This document shows positions 1-13,000 of a stretch of DNA of 64,000 nucleotides, piece by piece. The DNA is from Bugula neritina (Eukaryota > Animalia > Bryozoa): NCBI GenBank assembly GCA_964035545.1, contig OZ037769.1, forward strand, positions 6,987,929 to 7,051,928, read 5' to 3'. A program made the translations under genes and the position numbers. The notes beneath the pieces are model-generated. The model was not told the origin of the DNA, searched no databases, and saw nothing but the letters and a program-made list of their open reading frames with translations. The first letter of the stretch is position 1. Each line of letters starts with the position of its first letter.

Positions 1-2624
1 AATGGTGACTATAAACGCACATGAAAATGATTTTCAGGTGATGGTAATTCAATACTAATGCCCTAAAGTATTTTTTATACCAACGCCAAGTCTAATATGT
101 TGACTCAATATGATAGTGACAGTTTAATTCAAAAGTTAATAGTGATAATCAAGTCAGAGTTTGAATCAACTTATAGTTTCATCATATCATAAAGTATTTG
201 GAATAATTGGTATCTTATAATCCAATAATCAAAATCAATTGCATGCTAGAAACTCGTCTGTTTGTTCCCTATTTCATCATGGTGAATTCGAATTATTTCA
301 ATAAAAAAATGTTAGTGCCAATCTAGCTTGAATTAATAATGGAACAACATTGAATCATATTCCTTATTTCATCTGAAAAATACACATATTTTTTAGTTTT
401 TTTTCCAATGCTTGATATCATATCAAATGCTTTAATTTTAAAAATAATTGTAGAATATATGTTTTATTGTAGTATGTTATTACATTGAGCTTATTAGTTC
501 TTTCAATTCAGCGTTTGATGAAAACTGTTGATTTTACTGTAGCTTTATTAGAGGGTAAAATTGTCCCAGAGTGTATTAAGCAGTATTGTTTAGTCTTCTG
601 TTTAGCTCTTTCATATAACAGAACTCATTTTTAGATGCAAACATTTATTTTGCCAAAATTTAGTAGGTATCAAGCTTTCTAATGTATGAAAGTGCTATAT
701 AACAGAAAATTGTGAGCTAGAAAAGCAGTTTTTTTCAATTTTAGTTTTGCACCAGGCTTGCTATTACACTTAATTTAAATAGCAAATTCTATTTACTTGA
801 TTAGGTGAGAAGTAATGTTACTAGATGATTAAAATCACCTTTTCTCTTAAAAGTGTTTTGCCATTCAAAATCTATTGTTTTCTTAATATCAATCCAATTT
901 ATTTCTTAATTTAATGAAATTAATTTGATTAAAGTAAGCAATTTGTTTAAAAACTAGAGAAAGATAAGCTTTTATTTTGTTATTAGTTGAAACAAAGTTT
1001 CTTACAAAATTACAATATGCATATCAGTTTGAATTAGTTAACACATCAATGCAATGTTTGATTAATAAAAAATGGCTCTTTTTTCTAATGGAATTTATTG
1101 AAGAAATTTTAAACCTATGATGTGGTACTTGATGCAGTTGAAGATAGACACTTGTTGAGTCAGCACTGTAAAGGTGCAAGGGTTCCAAACAAACATATCT
1201 ACTCTGAGTTTTACAACTTGAAGCTTGTGAAAAAATGAATAGCATTTGTGGTTATTGTGGTAGTTGTCTGCCCTGATATGCATGTTAACAGGAGTTATCA
1301 CTTCACCTCCAACTCTAAGGCTTTTGGTTTCAAGTGAACTGGTTACTATGGATATGTCATGTTCTCGTAATATATTGATAAATGGCTATTCTTATGAATC
1401 ACGTCATGTTAGAGAAGCAATACGAGCTCTACCAATATTTATGCTGAATCAGTGGTTTGGTTAGTTCATTCAGCTGTGACTTCCATTCCGTAGTTATATT
1501 TTCTTATAAATAAAAAAGATTTATAGAAAGTCTGATTATATTCTTGTCTGAAGAACTGGCATAGTATTAAATTATAATACATTTTCTTTGTAAAGTCATG
1601 CAATTTAGGTAAGGATTTTCATTATAATGTAACTTTTATATGTTTTAATACATTGCATTTAACTCTAAAGTACCATTTCAATTTGAATATTTTGTTTTAC
1701 GTGCCATTTATATGCGTCACTTGAAACATTGCCTCTATTGCAAATGTTTCTTGTAGCCTATTATGTTCTTATTGCTATACAGTTTAGTTGTACTAGGCGA
1801 TGCTTTAATTGCACAGATACATGAGGGTAGAAACAATTATTGCGTCAACATAACATGTTTTTCAGCATGTACTATTTGCCATTTTAAATTATTAGTTGGA
1901 TATTTTATCCAGAAGTGGTAGCTATGAGTGAAACTAAACACTATACCAATTTGGTATCTGCCAATATTTATTTGCATTTATCGTTACTTTAGGTGAGTTT
2001 AGCAGATTCCCTGTAAATGTTTCTGAATTCTTATTGTGCAGAAGTCTATTACTATATTATTGACTAGCAATATGTGGGCTTTTTATAGCCTAAACTTCTC
2101 ATAATATACCCACTTTTCGTATGTTACTTTATCTTTATTAACTCTTATTTTGCTCAAGATACAAGGTATCCCTAACTGCACTGCCATAACCATCTCACTC
2201 AAATAGTTCCGGTCTCACATTCATTTTCGACCAATCATGGGCGGTTTTCGAGCATTCGCGAGAGCTCTTGTGGAAAGTCGCATACATTATCGGCATTATT
2301 ATGCTGTTTAGGAATTTTGCTAACACAAGCCATAACCTAACTATAAACTCTAGCCTGTGCTTCTACATTGTTAAATGAGAATATTGGTAATTGATACGAA
2401 TGAATGACCTCATTTAGTTCACTGTGAGGTTTCTTATAATCATAATGCTTAAACAATAACCCGTGACTAACACGATACTAATACATTGAAACTGAGCAAA
2501 TATTAGTAGTAGAAGCTTGGAGCCATTGATTGACGGACTGTAAAGTGGGTGAAACGCAGCTGTTAGTCGACAGAGCTCTGTAATTATTAAAATTTGATTA
2601 GCTGCTTTATTTTTTAGCAAGAAA

Positions 2625-5600
2625 ATGAGGGAATATAAATTAGTGGTTCTAGGATCTGGTGGTGTAGGAAAAAGTGCTCTAGTAAGTATTGAACTTGTCT
2701 TAAAGTTTCCATTATGATTATACTTTGTAGCCTACTACTACTAGTACTACTACTAGAGTAGTAGCTGTAGTAGTACCACTATAACTACTACTAGTACCCG
2801 TACTTCTGCTTCAGTACTTGACTTTGTAAGTTTGTAATCATAATGTGTCTAATCCAACTTTTATCAACAATTACAATAAGTTTAACTGATCACTGTTTAA
2901 TTGTGCTGATATTCAAATCAATGTTGTTGATAGATTGCTCCCATTTCAATCATAATCATAATTCACTTTATCATAATGTTCATCATTATGATTATGATTA
3001 TTAATATTTCTACGACTACTTTTACTTTGAGGTTAAAGTTTAATTACTTTGTGCCTTAAGTTAAAGTTGAAAATGGGATATTGCTGTAGAGTTTAATAGC
3101 AAGATGCTTAATACTAATAACTGATAAGCATTGTGGTGCAGGTTAGCGTGTGAATGAGAATTAAAATAGAAACTTGTTATTAGGATTGTTCAATCATCAA
3201 TAGAAGGCTACAGAAAAGTTCTCAAACACTAGGCCATACAATTAATATTTTAACTAAGACTGGTGAGAATAATTAGTAGTAGTAATGATTATACTTGGCA
3301 GTCCTAGACTTACTTATTAAAACTATAACTTAGAATAGAATTTTGTGAATAACTTATACTAATTACTCAGATTGAAGGCCATCTGTTTTTGCTACATTGT
3401 GATATTAATAAGTGGAACTTTGTAATTTTGAAATTTAAATTTGTCAAGTCATTAGAATATTCATTATGATAAGAATGTTAATATGCTAATTAAATGGAAT
3501 TCATCATCCAGTGCCAGTGTAGCTTAGAGTTAGTGATTTGAGTTAGTTGTATGATTAGACCATAGAACTTATAATGAACTACATAGTTGGTTTAAAGTAC
3601 GGATAAACTGCTGGCAACATCATGCTAGTGGTATCACATTAATTATTATATAACTTAACTATAAAACTTTTTAAAGTCACTGTTGGTGCCGCTGTTGGCT
3701 TTTGATATACTAAAACTTATCTCAGTCAGTTGTCTACACATTATAACTTACTCTAATAGCAACAGTAAATATAATAAGTATGTGACATGTTTGTAGGTTG
3801 CTCAAATTTAATTCACAAAGCTTCCACCATATTATGACTATAGTATTAGAAGTTGGCCTAATATCTCTTAGCTTTTGTTTATGACTGATTATATATTCTG
3901 TATGAAATGTAGACGCTGTAAGTAAGCAGATGAAGTGTTACAGTTATGATTAGGAAGTCCTTGTGATAGTGTCTATACACTACTATACAGTGAAGTATAG
4001 GTACTTCATGTAAAATAAGCACACCATTCACCCAGAAACTTCAGCATGGCTAGACAGATTCTACACAGAATCGTCCTATTTCTCCTTGTAGACTGTCCAG
4101 TTTGTCCAAGGAATTTTTGTGGAGAAGTATGATCCAACCATTGAGGACAGCTACAGAAAAGTGAGTGTTCAAAATCTCTAGACACGTTGTATAGTTGTCA
4201 GGGTTCTGATTATCATATCTGATATATAACTCTCCACCATATTCCATCTATCAGGGGTTATCACAGGGAAGTCGGCTATGATATTCCATCTCATCAGTTG
4301 CTGGGAGTGAAAACAATGATGGCTGATTACTTTATGACTAATAGGTTGATACATTGTTGCAATATGATGAATGTTGAATAAATGAATCATTAAGGTTAAT
4401 CCTCTGGTTGCCATGGTTTCTACCAGATGCATTTAATTGTCCCCTATTTATTAGTTACTTAATAGAGCTTTGTTTGTTTTCCCTTGTGATTCAACAGAAT
4501 ACTATAATGCTATCTGCTCAACAACAGGAAGTCATATGTTCTACTCCCACATATCTGCTGTTCGCCAGTTGGTTGCTCATATGTCCTCCATAATTCCTAA
4601 CATTCACTTTCATAGCTAGCATTAGCATAGTTTACTTTACCAGAAGCTTGTGTTTATTCATAGCTTACTGTAAACAGTTCGTGGCCCCTTCATTAAGTAA
4701 TTAGTGGTTATAGTTTAGAGCGTGTCTCTAATTATACTCCACTAGCAGGTAAGTTTATGGTGAAGAAGTGTAATGATAGTTATTGACTTGTTGTCTCATA
4801 GGTGCTATGATGAACTTTGTCCTCCACCCCCACTGTTCCCTGCTTAAATACAGTTAGTTTAGTGTTTATAGTGGATACAGCTTCAAGTGTGAAAGAGTGC
4901 ATAGATAGCCGTTACAAAGTAGCAGGAGGCTAAGACACTGAGGAACTTTCTCCTTTCTTTATTAACCCAGCAACAAAGTCTCATTGTTTAGAAAAGAATC
5001 CACTTTACTTTGAAATATATGGCATACCTGGAACAATGTGCTGCTTTGAAGAAATATGACGCACTTTGAATGTGATCAAATCTGTTCTGCAGTCTGTCAG
5101 TGACAAGTACCTGTATTTCATGCAGCTAACACATAGCTGATCAGTAACAAGTACCTGCTACATAGTGCCTACTTAGTAACATGTACCTGCTATATAGTGA
5201 CTAGTTGGTAACAAGTACATGCCAAGGAGTGGCTATTTTGTGGCAAGCACCTGCTACCAGCTACATAGTGATGACTTAACAAGTACTCCTACGCAGGGTT
5301 TGGTTTTCAGTGTCACTGTGTGGAATTTTGATAGAGTGTAGATGTAGAACTGATTTTTACTCTGGCAACTCTCAAGCAAGGCTCTGCTAATACCAATCAG
5401 TAGAACGTGTGGCTTTGTATGTCAAAGATATATGTCTGAAGACATGGGATTTATTTAATCACTCACTTCCAGATTGGTGGTGTAGATAGGTGGCTTGTCT
5501 GATATGAGATTCACTAGCTCAGCTGTGTGTGCCAGAGTTGCGGTGACCGAAATCATTCTGGGTGCTTGAAATATTAATGCCGATGGTAGTTACTAACCAG

Positions 5601-8600
5601 CCACCAGCTCTCTGATCACAGAAGTCATGATATTCATTTAACTAGCCAATCTACCTTCTCCCTAATAAATTCTAGTAAATCTGTTCAACAGACCCGGATG
5701 TATTGCCATAATAACATTGCTACACTAGACTAAGTGATGACTATACTATAGTAGGGGACCTTTACTATAGTTGGAGGTCATATAGATGCTGCAGTAAAGT
5801 AGTTATATGTCGTACACTGAAAAGTGCACCTCTTTTGTATTATTGAAACAATTCATTGTTTTGTAGCAAGTTGAGGTTGACGGTTCACAATGTATGTTAG
5901 AAATCCTGGACACAGCTGGCACAGTGAGTATTATGGTAGTGGTAGTGGTAGTAGTGGTGGTGGTGGTAGTGGTAGTAGTAGTAGTGGTAGTAGTAGTCCT
6001 AGTACTAGTAGTGGTAGTAATCCTTTAGGCTATCTGTCTTGTATCTCAATGTCTAGATTCTATTGTTTTGCAAAATAATTTTTAATTAACTTGTCTTCCA
6101 CATTCTGATAAGACTGAGTGACACAATGCAGGTGGTAGACATAGTTCTATATAGTTGTGATTGCACAGTCTACACTATATTCGTGACAGATTACTATGAT
6201 AGTCTGAGTACAACATCTACTTACTAGTTTTACTATGATAGTCTGAGTACAACATCTACCTACTAGTATTGCTATGATAGTCTGAGTAGAAACATCTACC
6301 TACTAGCCGTCTGCTACTAAACAAGCTGACTGACTCACTGATATCAACTGATGAATTGATTACGCTGGTAGAGATTTCTTAGATAATTATAGCTGATCAA
6401 TATTTTATGTGCACAGATATCACTGCTAATGCAGTTTATTCTGATGAATATTCCATGGAGTGTATGTTGCTGTGATATTGTGCTAAGAGTACTGCATGTG
6501 TAAGGTAAAGTGATTATCTCCCATGTGTTTACAGGAACAATTCACTGCCATGAGAGATCTGTATATGAAAAATGGCCAGGGATTCATCCTAGTATACTCC
6601 ATTACAGCCCAATCCACTTTCAATGACCTGACAGATCTTAAGGAGCAGATACTAAGGGTGAAGGACGCCTCAGATGTAAGGCATTAGCTGGTGTATTTAG
6701 TTTTATAGGAAGTGTTTGGGAGAGGTTACCACCAGCAGTGGTTTTACAGGGTTTTTAGTGCCATTTATACTTCTCACTAGAAGAGGTCTTTTGAATGAAA
6801 ACTAAATTTGCCGACCATAATTTGTGTCCCCAGAAGTATAGAACGTACATACTAGAGAGTTTGAGAATGTAGTGAATTTTTAATCTCAACACTTGTAGAT
6901 ATTTAAACCAACAGATTCCTGTGATATTTTAGTACTTTAATGTATGGGATGTGCACTGGGGACTCTACAGTTTGAAAAGTTAGGATTTCAATGATTACAG
7001 CTGATAATGGACAGTTCCTACTCAGCATGATCAGCTAATTCTAAGTCATGTTTAAGTTATAGTGAGATGTTACTCAAAGTGCTGCTCTTCTCGAAAACAC
7101 AGTTCAACTCGATAGCTCTGAAATCTTAAAGTCTTAAATCTATAATTATTTCAAAATGTTTTCTTGGCTTCTACTGCCTCTCCTCTCTGATTGGCTGATT
7201 ACTAAAGGGCTGTTATTCTATTGGCTGCTATATATAGGACTAGTCATCTTGATAAGTCACTTGATGAATCATAGTTCCACTAAATGGAGTCAATTAAGAA
7301 ATTAATGAGTTATTGAGATTAGAGTGTGTTACAATGTAGTGTTAGTAATAGTTGATTGTTTCAAAAGAGACTTTTCTGATTCACAAAAGGACTTGAATAA
7401 CTTGTGAGGTTTTTCACATTGTTTATTGAATTACTTCACTTCTTTTCAGAGCTAAATCCACATCTTTCTTTGTTGTTCCACAATAATAGCTAAAGTTTTT
7501 CAAAAGATCAACTGGACCAGTGCTCTCTGGTAACCTTTGAGTTGTTTATATTATGGCCTTTTCTTTTTCCTTCAAATTGGAAACTAAAAAAAGAATCAGG
7601 TTTCACTCTTTCATGTCACAAGTTGATAGATTGCTAGACTCCTGTCCTAGACCCCTCTACATGTGTCCAAGTAGAGACATACACTTAACAGGTTACCGAT
7701 AAGGACAGCTATCATACCAATCTGTTACTATTCATAATTCAAGACTTGGCCTTATATAGCTATTAGTGCAGCAAGTGTTCATGTCAGCTGTGTTTGTTCA
7801 ACTTAAATTGTTTCTGCTTGCAATTTTTGTTGGATGTTCATTCTGAACTGAATTTGTTCTTCAACATAATTTTTCAAGTCATATCCGAGTGAAGCCTCTA
7901 ATTCCAGAGTTTTGACAATTGTTTTCAACATTGTGAAAACGGCGGTCAAAACCTCGTGCTTAAATAGCTGGTGTTAGCATCTTTGGGTTATAGATTCACT
8001 AAAATTGTAATTTTACTTTTTAATAAATCTAGTCAGCTTGCTAATAATTGTTGAAAATGATTAATTATTTGTCGATTGTTGTTTTTGTTTCTTGTGGATA
8101 CCAAATATTGTTTATTCACTTTTCAAATATACTCCTTGGCTTGAGCTAAGCTGAGTTTGCTATACCAACTTAATTCATACAGATGTATTTGTCTTATATT
8201 TTTAATAACTTTATTAGTCTCGACAGTGTGAATCTATTAGAATTATCATCGGTTTGAAATCAAAGGAGCTAAAAGTACGCCAAAAATCCAGTGTCATTCG
8301 ATCACAATATATCCTTACATTTTTTGTCTGAGAAGAAACTTTTTTCCAATGTATCCATTTCCTTTGTTAGGTGCCGATGGTGGTTGTTGGAAATAAGTGT
8401 GACTTGGAGGATGAGAGAGTTGTGGGTAAGGATCAAGGCCAGAGTCTAGCCAATGAGTGGAGAATTAAGTTTATGGAGACTTCAGCTAAGAAGAAGATTG
8501 GTGTAAATGAGGTCAGTTCAGTAGTTGATCTGATTGGTGGAAATGAAGTTGGTTCAGTAGTAACACTGTATCTGATTGGTTGCTGGGAATAATATACGCC

Positions 8601-9287
8601 CATAAGTTTTTGCAAAGTAAATGGCAATACAAATTTTCTTATCCAGAGTTGTGTTCTCATTTAATATATTTCCATTTGTGATTTGAGAACCTGTGCTTTT
8701 AATCTTAAAACCAATTATTTACTACTTGGTCTTAATAGTTGATGCTTGGTATTATACTTTTATTATCTATTTTATTGACTTGACTAGTTCAAGTTAGTGC
8801 GTAATGTCCTACTGTGATATTTGCAACTTGCTTTATGATGGTCAAGTATCTGCCAATGTTGGAGGTTAGCAGTATAACTTATACTACCTTCCGCTGCGGC
8901 AATTACTAGGTTATTACAGGAAGTGTAATATACAGTTATACTGGTAGATATTCTCTACGTATCAACTTGTAGATACTGATGTGTGCTATCAGTACTTGGA
9001 AGTGGCAGATTAGGTGTATTTTACAGTAAAATAGTGCTGCTCAATACTAGTATATTTGCTGCCCATAGCCCATTGATACCATTCTATTGCATTATACTAT
9101 ATTCCTTCATGGTCTGTTCATATTAAATCGTTGCCTGGGAGAAAGTTGCAATGCCAAACATTCAGTCAACCTAATTTTTCTGCAGATATTCTTTGACCTC
9201 GTCAGACAGATCAACCGTAAGCAGCCGGACACGAAGAAGGGAGGCAGGTCTGGCAAGTCATCAAAGGGTAAATGCAGCATTTTGTGA
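2625..9287 (+). CDS. RAP1: Ras-related GTPase Rap1 (188 aa, 6 coding exons)
   Basis: Exons 2625-2681, 4092-4160, 5867-5923, 6535-6675, 8371-8511, 9186-9287, all GT/AG and phase 0. Protein [42 protein letters not shown]...DTAGTEQF (Rap-type Thr61)...NKCD...ETSAK..., polybasic tail and CAAX CSIL. An acceptor at 2616-17 implies an upstream non-coding exon. AATAAA near 9509 and 9798. Confidence 0.98.
6192..6306. repeat. ~40-bp tandem triplication in Rap1 intron 3
   Basis: CTATGATAGTCTGAGTACAACATCTAC(T/C)TACTAG x3. Confidence 0.85.
6723..7536. mobile_element. Possible old non-autonomous DNA element (Kolobok-like ends) in Rap1 intron 4
   Basis: Imperfect TIR AGGTTACCA..AGCAGTGGT / ACCAGTGCT..TGGTAACCT and internal ATTGGCTG motifs; TSD degraded. 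Confidence 0.4.
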
Positions 9288-10074
9288 GCAGGCGCTGCCC
9301 ATCATCACCATTTTTAAAATAAAAACTAAACTTCAAAATAATTAATGATTAGCCAATAACATCAGCAGAGGTGACATAATTCACACTGTAGAAGGTTAAC
9401 CGAGTTGATGGAAATTTTTGTACCAAGACTTTTTTGCGTTAATCATGTGCACAACAATCCATTGACTTTGGTCAGATTTCTAGGTTGTTAGCTTGCTATT
9501 ATAGGTTTAATAAAATGAATTCTTGTATAACATTATTTACTTTTTTGTCTTGCTTTTTCACAGTAGTTGTAGCTTGATTCTATGCGACACTGTTGAAATA
9601 TATTCTGCTTTTCATCAAGTCCATCGCGTGTTTCAATAACCCATTGCACTAGATCATCATCTTTTTGAAATAAGTTGCTAGATAAGACAACAGTATTGTG
9701 TGCTGACATTTATATTGTTACAGTTATACTATTTATATGTGTATGTATTTACTCTTACGTAATTTATATTCATGATTCATTTTTTTAATTCTTTGTAAAT
9801 AAAAGCAACAAAAAATATATATATTTTGAATGTGTGCCCATGCAAGGGCCACAAGCTATCTTTATATGCACTATTAAGACAGAAACATAGAACTGGAAAA
9901 GTACTACATAAATTGAGGTTTATTGTATAGTGTAGAAAAACATTTACAACTGAAAATCAGAGTAATGAATATTGAATCTAGTAACTAGAAAACTTGGAGA
10001 TGAATATTCTATAATTATTGTCATAAACATGTATATACAAAACAGAATTTGAAAGTTTGAATAAAAGTATGAGG

Positions 10075-13000
10075 CTAGCTAACTTTTCCCTCATTTTCTA
10101 CATGGTAAAGGATATCTGCTAATGTGTGTTCTATGGTGGTAGCTGAAACTGCTTCACTCATCTACAAGAGGACATAGCTCATCAACAGTAGTATATGCAT
10201 AATATGTATACATATATTATATATTTCAATTCCAGGCATTCAAATCAAATGAGTATAATGAAATTTTCAAACGATTTATTAACTATCTATTTAAAAAATA
10301 AAACAGCTGAAACTAGTTTAATTTCTTAATGATTATAAGCATGGCAAATGGTTACAAAACATTGGCATCTGTAAACACTTTGAGACGGAGTTATTTTCTC
10401 TCAAGTTTCTTAAATATAGAAAATACAACTCCTAAATTTCATTGACCCTATTTATAAGTTACAATAAAATAATAATAAATAAAATTCAACCTACTGGTTC
10501 AAAAGGTACATCTTGAGGAGGAAATTTGAAGTATGGCCCAAAGTTTACAGTGACCTGCAAAATCAAACAATACGAATGAGTTGGGACGTATACCTGCTCT
10601 ATTACAAGTCAGTTTAGGATATAATGTATTATTAATATATTATAATGTATACATGTAAGCTCAAAGTTCATTGGTAGGACACTGTCCTAAGGGCACACAG
10701 TCCAGTGTTCGAATGAGCAAATAAATGTAAGCTCTACAGATTGAAAAGAACATTGTGATTTAAACTTCCTTTTCCACACAACATCTAACTTAGCTCTAGA
10801 ATTTTGATGTAAATGATGAATGGCAAATACAGACAAAAGAGAGACAGACTACTACATGATGAATGGGTTTTCAAACTCACAGCAGCATTTTTATACAGAG
10901 ATATAGCGGGATAGTACCAGCCCTGGTAGACATCAGTGTATGCCACTCCTTGGCTAATTCCATTCTTGTAGAATATAATCTAGTAACCATGGAGACAGTT
11001 ATAATATTGCAGTAACCAAAGACACAATAATATGGTAAATAGGAGTTATCATGATTATGCAAACTGGTCAAGATTTAGTTTATTGGGAAGACAAGTCTGA
11101 AAACAACCACTTGCTTGATGCAAGATATTGAACAAAGTTAAAAAGGTGATTAGTATCATTATATGCCATATTATTTATTATGATATATATTCACAAAAAC
11201 AGTAGGTTTAAGTGATTAATTCATTTGCTAAAACAATCTAGTAATCATAGTCCTTGAAAAATAGTTACATTAACATCTCCACATTTTAAAAGCCTCTTCA
11301 AATATAACATTAATAATAATGATAGTATTCTTTCAAGTTAACTTAGTGTACACTCAATATATTTTGCTGAATGCTTAGCTACAAATACTACAGTTATTAG
11401 CAGATACACCATTAAATTCTGAAGCCATCAGTTTTAAACAAAATAAAACAGTTACCTTGCTGCCAACTGACGGTTTCAATGTCTTTACGGCAGCACTCAC
11501 TTGATCCTTGTCCTCAAAGTACAAGTGACTTTTAAATGTAATGAGGGGCTGTAAGAGAATATGAGAGCAATAAGACTGAAATCTCAACAGAAATTTCAGA
11601 ATTTCTTATCGAATGTGTTCAGAATATATTCTGCATGTTGACAACAATAACAAACCCAACTCTGAAGCAAGTTTAAGGAATAAAATATGTTCATATTTTC
11701 ATGAGTGAATGATTGAGCAAATCTTACATAAAACTCACATGCATAACTCAAAATTATCCAAATAAGACTAAATAATAATGGCCAGCATGTTTTAGAAGAA
11801 TGTCATACTATTCTGGCAATCCTTCCTACATTTTGGTTTCTATCCCGGAATTGAGATAATAAAGCTATGAGAAATGAGCATGTAGTAGTGAGCATGTATT
11901 AACTGCTTTTTTACTGTTGGACCACTTTACTGTTGGACCAGTTTATTTTTGGACCACTTTACTGTTGGACCACTTTACTGTTGGACCAGTTTATTTTTAG
12001 ACCACTTTACTGTTGGACCACTTTACTGTTGGACCAGTTTATTTTTGGACCACTTTACTGTTGGACTACTTTACTGTTACACTACATTATTGTTGGACCA
12101 CTGAACCAATAAAGTTTAGCAGTTTGGAAAAGTTCAACTCTACAGAAAACTTGTTTATATCTAAACTTCAAAACAACTGGTAAACACTAAATCACCAAAA
12201 AGCAAATAATACATTTACTAGATATAACCTATATTTCAAATCACCCCAAGAGATTATAATATTATGTACACATTTGTATAAGGACAAACAATGCATTGTT
12301 TTACAAAATAACAAAGATTTGACCTCTAGTCAACCAATAATTAGTATTAATTCTGTAGAAATGGTAAACAAAAGGAAGGGTGACTCCTGGTCAAAGAGAG
12401 CAGTAGTTGGTGTTAGTTAACTTTCTCAGATTACATGCTACCATCACACAGATTATGATTTGCTTTGAGGGTTATTAGAATGTAGTTCTCAACATAAACA
12501 ATAGAAATACATGTGTGCATGTGAGAGTTCACTTCTTTTTCACTCTGATTCACATTAATTTATATTGAATGAATAGGCCAATCAGAATATTGCTTGCAAC
12601 ACGTTGCTAGAGCTACCAACTTGGCAGCTACATCAGTACTTTTACAAAAACACTTGCAACTTACAGCGTACAACTGTAGATTGGTGGAAGGAAAAGGCAG
12701 CTCTCACAACATATTATATTTCTATAAAAGGTAGGGTTACATGCATGGCTTATTTGAATTGTTTACATTAAAGAGCAATTCTAAGAATTGTTACATCACT
12801 TCAAGTTCATTAGTAGAATTGCATATTTAGATACATACGTATCCTTATTGTAAATGAATAATTAGCATTATTGTTATATCATATCAGTATCAATAAGATT
12901 AATCAACAAGAAGTTACTCTTTATCACTCATAATGAGTATAGAAGCCCTGGAAAATCACTTCTATTGGTGTATGACTCATGCATAGCCTGCTACTACGTC

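Noticed and set aside
1024-2620. Short ORFs upstream of Rap1
   Set aside because: No recognisable motifs or consistent exon chain; AT-rich non-coding sequence.
5890-6078. Gly/Ser-rich ORF
   Set aside because: Out-of-frame read of Rap1 exon 3 into a GGTAGT microsatellite.
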